Positions 58,050 to 64,000 of a stretch of 64,000 bases of DNA are shown here, piece by piece. Source of the DNA: an uncultured Spirochaetota bacterium (GTDB lineage: Bacteria; Spirochaetota; Brevinematia; Brevinematales; JAOACQ01); the NCBI GenBank assembly GCA_963783575.1, contig CAWAOD010000005.1, forward strand, positions 384,001 to 448,000, in the 5' to 3' direction. A program made the translations under genes and the position numbers. A model generated the notes under the pieces. The model worked only from the letters and a program-made list of their open reading frames with translations, ran no database searches and was not told the DNA's origin. The first letter of the stretch is position 1, and every line of letters begins with the position of its first letter.

Positions 58050-59234
58050 ATGAAGGGTGATGATATATCAAAAAGATTGAAATCATCGTTTTCGATATCA
58101 AGAGTCGGCCATATAAGCGAGTATGTCGAACCGGTCAGTTGTTATGATAGTCTCGATGAAGCGCGGAAATTATTTTTAAAGCAACCCGATTTAACTTCAA
58201 TGCCGGTTGAGAGGGAAGGCGGAGTTGTTGGATTATTAAGCCGTGAAACAGTCTTAAAAAAAGGCAGGTCGGCATGGGAGGCTTTAAAGGGCAATACTCT
58301 CGATAAATATATGGATATAAGTACGTTGATAATAGATGCACAGGAAAATTCCGAGAAAGCCCTGGACGAGGTTCTGTCCCAGGATATAGACTCAATATAT
58401 AATGATTTTTTAATCTATCATAACGGGAAATATTTTGGGATAGGAACCTTCCTGAAGTTAACCAAACACATTTCTACACTTCGCAATATGGACCTTGAAC
58501 TCGCAAAAAATATGCAGGAATTTCTTATGAACAAGCGTGAAATAAAAAGCTCTCTATTTTCAATTGAAAAATATGTAAAAATGGTACATGAACTGGGCGG
58601 TGATTTTTACCAGATCCTTGAAATAAATAAAGATCTATTTATGATAGCTTGCTTCGATGTAAGCGGTAAAGGAGTTGCTGCATCTCTTACTACAAGTATT
58701 ATCAGCGCTTTTTTTGCGACACTTGAAGTCGGAGGATATTTGAAAAATTTTGATCCACAAAGTCTTGTCGTACAAATGAATAACCTGATCATTGATCAAA
58801 CTCCTGCTGAAATATTTATTGCCGGCGCAATGCTGTTTATTGACTTAAAAAAGATGGAAATTCAGTCTTTCAATATGGGATATTCGCCTATTTATAACTT
58901 TTATTCTGAAAAGAGCGGTAAATTAATGTGCAAAATATTGAATCCGAATATTAAACCGATGGGTATCGATGATTTTCTCGATCTTGATAAATATATGAGA
59001 GTAACCCCTATTCAGGATAATATGAAAATTTTTATATATTCTGACGGTCTTACGGATGCAAGGAATAACGAAGGTGAAATGTACGGAGAGGATAATCTTA
59101 AGCAATTTTTGATAGCGAAAAGCAAGCTCAAAGCTAATGATTTAATAAAGGATCTTAATGAAGAAATAGTTAAATTTATAGGAAAAGCCCCGCAGGCCGA
59201 TGATATAACAGCCCTGGCAATACAATTTAAATAA
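58050..59234 (+). CDS. CBS-pair plus SpoIIE/PP2C-type phosphatase
   Basis: MPVEREGGVVGLLSR CBS motif; GGDFY, DVSGKG, YSDGLTDA, DDIT. Confidence 0.9.
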   Translation: MKGDDISKRLKSSFSISRVGHISEYVEPVSCYDSLDEARKLFLKQPDLTSMPVEREGGVVGLLSRETVLKKGRSAWEALKGNTLDKYMDISTLIIDAQENSEKALDEVLSQDIDSIYNDFLIYHNGKYFGIGTFLKLTKHISTLRNMDLELAKNMQEFLMNKREIKSSLFSIEKYVKMVHELGGDFYQILEINKDLFMIACFDVSGKGVAASLTTSIISAFFATLEVGGYLKNFDPQSLVVQMNNLIIDQTPAEIFIAGAMLFIDLKKMEIQSFNMGYSPIYNFYSEKSGKLMCKILNPNIKPMGIDDFLDLDKYMRVTPIQDNMKIFIYSDGLTDARNNEGEMYGEDNLKQFLIAKSKLKANDLIKDLNEEIVKFIGKAPQADDITALAIQFK

Positions 59235-59268
59235 CATTCATTTTTTCATTGAATCGCCGGTCTGAAAA

Positions 59269-61731
59269 CTACCTTTTATTGTCAGTTTCTGGATTTGAAG
59301 TTATAAAAGTAGAAACAACATTAACAATTTTATCAGGAACGGCTATTATTTTAATTACTTTTTTTCCTTCAAGAACTTTTTTGAGTTTTGGATTTTCCAG
59401 ACCTAATCTTTTCAATTCTTCAACTGAAGTACCACGCGGTATTTGAATGGTATCCCGAAGCTTTCCATTTTCCTGTATAGCAATTGAAATTTCCTCATCT
59501 TTTGTAAATTCTTCAATAAATTCAGGCCATTCTGACTTGAGTACAGACGGCTTTTCACCGATGATTTCCCACATTTCTTCGGTAATAAAAGGCGCGAAAG
59601 GGTGAAGAATTTTTATAAAGTCCTTTATTACTTCTTTGTTTAATTTTTCTTCTTTTTGAAGCGTGTTTACGAAAATCATCATCTGGCTTATGGCCGTATT
59701 GAATTCAAGGGCTTCAATCTTTTCGCTTACAATTTTTATAGTTTTATGCCGCAATCGGTTAACAACATCCGGTATGGGTAAATCAGCATCAATTTGCTTT
59801 TCGAGTAATTTCCATGCCTTCTCAAGAAATCTTTTCAATCCGATAATGCTCTGTGTGTTCCAGGGTTTATCTGCGGCCAGCGGCCCGAGGAACATCTCGT
59901 AAATTCTCAAAGTGTCCGCGCCGTATTCCCTGATAACATCATCCGGATTTACAACGTTTCCCCTTGATTTTGACATTTTCTCACCGTTTTCGCCGAGGAT
60001 CATTCCCTGGTTTTTAAGCGCCATGAATGGTTCAGGTGTATGAACGACATTTATGTCAAACAAAAATTTATGCCAGAACCTTGCATAAAGCAAGTGCAAA
60101 ACTGCATGTTCAGCCCCCCCGATATAAAGATCGACAGGTTCCCAGTATTTGATTTTATCATTGTCTGCAATCACTATATTGTTATTTGGATCCATAAAAC
60201 GTAGGTAGTACCAGCTGCTCCCGGCCCATTGAGGCATCGTATTTGTTTCCCTTTTTGCCTTGCCACCGCATATCGGGCAGACGGTGTTTACCCAGTCTTC
60301 AATAGCCGCCAGAGGAGATTCGGTTGTTCCTGTTGGCTTGTATGTTTTAACATCAGGCAGTTTAAGCGGCAAATCTTTTTCATCGAGCGCGACTACGCCG
60401 CATTTCTCACAATGTACAACCGGTATCGGTTCTCCCCAGTATCTCTGCCTTGAAAAAACCCAATCCCTAAACTTATAATTAACCGCTTTTTTACCCTTAC
60501 CGATTTTTTCGAGCCATCCGGTGATTTCTTTTTTAAATTCGGAGGTCTTTAGCCCGTCAAATTTTCCCGAATTGACCGCAAATCCTTCTTCTGTCTCCGC
60601 CTCTTTTAGTTCGTACATTTTTCCATCTTTGCTAACCACCTGGATTATTGGTATATTAAATTTTGTCGCAAACTCAAAATCCCTTGTATCATGAGCGGGC
60701 ACAGCCATTATTGCCCCTGTTCCATAACCGATAAGGACATAGTCGGATATCCAGATAGGAATTTTATTGTTATTAACCGGGTTGACGGCATATGACCCTG
60801 TAAAAACCCCAGTTTTTTCCTTATTCAATTCTGTCCGCTGTAAATCTGATTTTCTCGCTGTTTCTTCGATGTAGCCGTTAACCTGATTTTTTTGATCCGT
60901 CTTTGTGATCTTTCCCACCAATGGATGTTCCGGAGCCAGGACCATATATGTCGCGCCGAAAAGGGTATCAGGCCTTGTAGTATAAACCCGGATGGTATCA
61001 CCGGTTCCATCAACATAAAAATCAACCTCCGCCCCTTCGCTCTTGCCAATCCAGTTTTCCTGCATAAGCTTAATCGAATCACTCCAATCCAGCAGGTCAA
61101 GATCCTTGAGCAGTCTTTCAGCATAAGCGGTTATTTTTAATACCCACTGCCGGATTCTTTTTCTCTCAATCAAAGTACCGCATCGCTCGCAGCGGCCGTC
61201 CTTGACCTCTTCATTCGCAAGCCCGGTAAGGCAGCTTGGGCACCAGTTGATCGGCATATCACTTTCATAAGCGAGATCATGCTTAAAAAGCTGGATGAAA
61301 ATCCACTGAGTCCATTTATAATAACCGGGATCGCAGGTTGAAATTTCCCTGTCCCAATCATAGCTGAACCCTATCGTTTTGATCTGGTCCCGGAAACGGC
61401 CGATGTTTTTATAAGTGGCCTCGGCCGGGTGCGTTCCGGTTTGAATGGCGTAATTCTCGGCGGGAAGGCCGAAAGAATCGAACCCCATCGGGTGAAGAAC
61501 GTTGAAGCCTTTCATTTTTTTATATCTGGTGAATATGTCGGTAGCAGTGTAGCCTTCCGGATGGCCTACATGCAGACCGGAACCCGAAGGGTAGGGGAAC
61601 ATGTCCAGCACATAAAGCCTTTTATCTTCAGGTATCGAAGGGTCTTCGGTTACCCTAAACGTTTTATTTTTATCCCAGTACAAACGCCATTTTTTTTCAA
61701 TACTCTGAAAATCATAGGTTCTTTCCATCAC
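59269..61731 (-). CDS. leuS: Leucine-tRNA ligase
   Basis: MFPYPSG, HVGH, TTRPDT editing domain, KMSKS. Confidence 0.98.
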   Translation of the reverse strand: MMERTYDFQSIEKKWRLYWDKNKTFRVTEDPSIPEDKRLYVLDMFPYPSGSGLHVGHPEGYTATDIFTRYKKMKGFNVLHPMGFDSFGLPAENYAIQTGTHPAEATYKNIGRFRDQIKTIGFSYDWDREISTCDPGYYKWTQWIFIQLFKHDLAYESDMPINWCPSCLTGLANEEVKDGRCERCGTLIERKRIRQWVLKITAYAERLLKDLDLLDWSDSIKLMQENWIGKSEGAEVDFYVDGTGDTIRVYTTRPDTLFGATYMVLAPEHPLVGKITKTDQKNQVNGYIEETARKSDLQRTELNKEKTGVFTGSYAVNPVNNNKIPIWISDYVLIGYGTGAIMAVPAHDTRDFEFATKFNIPIIQVVSKDGKMYELKEAETEEGFAVNSGKFDGLKTSEFKKEITGWLEKIGKGKKAVNYKFRDWVFSRQRYWGEPIPVVHCEKCGVVALDEKDLPLKLPDVKTYKPTGTTESPLAAIEDWVNTVCPICGGKAKRETNTMPQWAGSSWYYLRFMDPNNNIVIADNDKIKYWEPVDLYIGGAEHAVLHLLYARFWHKFLFDINVVHTPEPFMALKNQGMILGENGEKMSKSRGNVVNPDDVIREYGADTLRIYEMFLGPLAADKPWNTQSIIGLKRFLEKAWKLLEKQIDADLPIPDVVNRLRHKTIKIVSEKIEALEFNTAISQMMIFVNTLQKEEKLNKEVIKDFIKILHPFAPFITEEMWEIIGEKPSVLKSEWPEFIEEFTKDEEISIAIQENGKLRDTIQIPRGTSVEELKRLGLENPKLKKVLEGKKVIKIIAVPDKIVNVVSTFITSNPETDNKR

Positions 61732-61984
61732 ATACCTCTCTAAAGTCCGGCAATAATTACTCTGATATTTTAAATCAGACTATTATTTTAATTTATTTTT
61801 GAAGATTATTCAAACATCATCTGCTTAAAAGTAAAATATTAATCTGGACTCGGAGAATTTAGATTCACAACCGAAATGGTTGTGTCTATTTATGGAAAAG
61901 GGAATGATGCATAAAAACAATTAGTTTGATCATTTCCCCTCAAATGGAGAGCTTGAGATCCGGTCATCCGGATAGCTGCAAAAA

Positions 61985-63534
61985 TTACTCAGTTATCACT
62001 GGTTTGACAACATTATTGGTTTGTTTGCTTTTTTTTAACAAAAGGGCCGGAAGAATTACGCTGAGAGTTATGATTGTAAGAACAATCATTGTGTCATTTA
62101 TTGCCTGAAGCCTGGCCTGTTTTGCCACTATACCAAAGATAATACTGAGAACTCCCGCCTGAGCTTCTGATGGATGTAATCCGCCCCGTACAAACATTTC
62201 CCCAAGCATTTTCAGAGCTCCATGCTGTTTGCATTATATGGAGTTACCTGCTGGGACAAATTGGCATAATTGATCGTATTCCTTTGCTGCAAAACACTTG
62301 TTATAATTGTAAGTCCAACTGCGGTACCGACCTGAATAACGGTTTGCATTAATGCGGAGGCATTTGACATCGATTCCTTTTGAAGTTTGCTTAACGCGGC
62401 TGTCTGGATAGGTATAATCAGGAATCCAAAACCAAGCCCCCTTACTAATAAAAGCATTGTAACTGTTGAGTTTGAAGTATCAAAGGTCAGTGTGGACATA
62501 TTCCAGCTGTTAAATGCAAGAAGAAGTAAGGCAAGCACTGTAAGTATTCTTGTGTCAATTTTAGCGTTGAGACGGGAGGCTATTACCATAGAAACAGCAC
62601 TTGCGATCGCTTCGGGAAATAGCACAAGTCCAGCTTGGAAAGGTGTCAAGCCTTTCAATTGCTGGAGGAATACAGGCACTAGAAATATTCCGCCGAATAG
62701 CCCCATAACTGCGATAATCATTATTATATTGCCCATACTGAAATTGTAATCTTTAAATAGCCTCAGGTCCAGCATGGGTTCTTCTGTTCTTAACTCATGT
62801 ATGATAAAAACAAGCAGACTGAGACAACCGGTAACCATTAATATTAAATTTTGCATGTCTCCCCAATCCACATCGCCTTTTCCCAACACATAAAGCACGC
62901 ATCCCAACCCGATACCTGATGTCAGAAAACCTTGAAGATCAAAATACTGCGCGGGTTTATATTCAGATTCCTTTAAAAACAGGAAGGATAAAAAGATTCC
63001 CAGTACTCCAATGGGAATATTGATGAAAAAAATCAGCCTCCAGTCGAAATTCTCAATCAGATATCCTCCTAATGTCGGCCCGATAGCGGGAGCGAATAGA
63101 TTACCGATTCCCATAACCGCAAAAACAATTCCCCTTTCACTTTCCTCGAATGTTGTGAGCAGCAGCGTCATACCCACCGGTATCAGCATTCCTCCGCCAA
63201 GGCCCTGGATAATCCTTGCCGAAACAATTGACATAGTATTCCAGGCAAAACCGCATAATAAAGAACCTGATGTAAAAAGAATCAATGAAAAGATGAAAAT
63301 CATTTTCGAGCCGAATCTTCCTGATAGATAAGCTGTTGTTGCCATGACGATCCCGAGGGCCAGAGAATACGCGCTTAATACCCATTGTATCTGGTCAAAA
63401 CTGGCATTGAATGTTGACATCATCTTTGATATTGCCAGGTTGACAATACTTGAATCAAGTTTTACCATAAAAAACCCTATCGTGACGACTATCAAAGTCA
63501 GCCATTTCGATGGGCCTTTTTGTTTTTTTTCCAT
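61985..63534 (-). CDS. DHA2 (EmrB/QacA) MFS efflux permease, frameshift near 62214
   Basis: LDSSIVNLA, GRFGSK, RIIQGLGGG, PAIGPTLGG, WRLIFFINIPIG; C-terminal piece is ORF 61985-62209. Confidence 0.92.
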
Positions 63535-63542
63535 AATGACGT

Positions 63543-64000
63543 CTACCTCACATGAATTCGAACAGTTACATTTACCCCCGGAATAAGATTGATTCCGGCA
63601 TCCATTATATCAATTTTTACCTGTATTTCCTGAACAACCTTGGTAAATGTGCTGCCGGATGATGTTGGTAAAAGGGAAAAAATTGAATTGGCAGCATGGC
63701 CGATTGATTTTACTTTACCTTTAAATTTTATACCTCCGAATTGATCGATACTGATATCAACCTGCTGGCCGGGCTTTACCAGGTCGATCAATTTTTCACT
63801 GATATTGGCTGAAACCCATGCGTTTTTGATATCTGCAATCATTACCGCCGTTTGGCCTGCCTCAAGTATATTTCCCGTAACGGTGTTTTTTAGGATAACA
63901 ATTCCTTCAGCCGGGCTTTTCAGGTAAGTCCGGTTTAATGCGATTTTTGCCAGCCTGAGATCGGCTTGAGCACTGCCATAATCGAACCGGGCATTGTCGA
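63543..64000 (-). CDS. EmrA/HlyD-family periplasmic adaptor (5' end outside window)
   Basis: LKSPAEG, WVSANISE, FSLLP..SG.FTKVVQ; frame open to the window edge. Confidence 0.9.
   Translation of the reverse strand, partial: DNARFDYGSAQADLRLAKIALNRTYLKSPAEGIVILKNTVTGNILEAGQTAVMIADIKNAWVSANISEKLIDLVKPGQQVDISIDQFGGIKFKGKVKSIGHAANSIFSLLPTSSGSTFTKVVQEIQVKIDIMDAGINLIPGVNVTVRIHVR

Noticed and set aside
61732..61984. T-box leader upstream of leuS
   Set aside because: No T-box GGTGGNACC motif or specifier stem found; only a hairpin downstream of the MFS gene.
62209..62214. TGA read-through or selenocysteine in the MFS gene
   Set aside because: The downstream coding segment is in a different frame, so this is an indel rather than read-through.

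Overview
AT-rich chromosomal window from a flagellated bacterium that looks like a spirochaete. This is inferred from the rpoZ-miaA pair, the paired Crp-type genes, the LolA-like/FtsX export operon and the FecR/LipL45-type gene. It is mostly core genome: rpoZ, miaA, kdpABC plus a kinase-less kdpD, an Nramp-related Mg transporter, tRNA-Glu(UUC), a sigma54-type amtB-glnK-glnD cluster, glyS-plsY-gatA, pcm, nadB, map, tdk, fliPQR-flhBAFG, leuS and an EmrAB-type pump. Two intact insertion sequences (IS4 family and IS1182 family) sit side by side inside one REP-like palindrome cluster. No CRISPR array or prophage was seen. The best candidates for undescribed biology are: (i) a deaminase-type amidohydrolase operon with two cyclic-nucleotide-binding proteins, preceded by a tandem three-hairpin element whose stems covary; (ii) a KdpD that keeps all sensor domains but has no kinase and no kdpE; (iii) an unexplained GC-rich ~115-nt rod-like RNA candidate at ~40.5 kb; (iv) a T5C5 slippage site that splits the IS4 transposase; and (v) a catalytically degenerate ManC-like protein behind miaA. 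At least nine single-base indels break otherwise intact genes, including gatA. These most likely reflect uncorrected long-read errors rather than pseudogenes.
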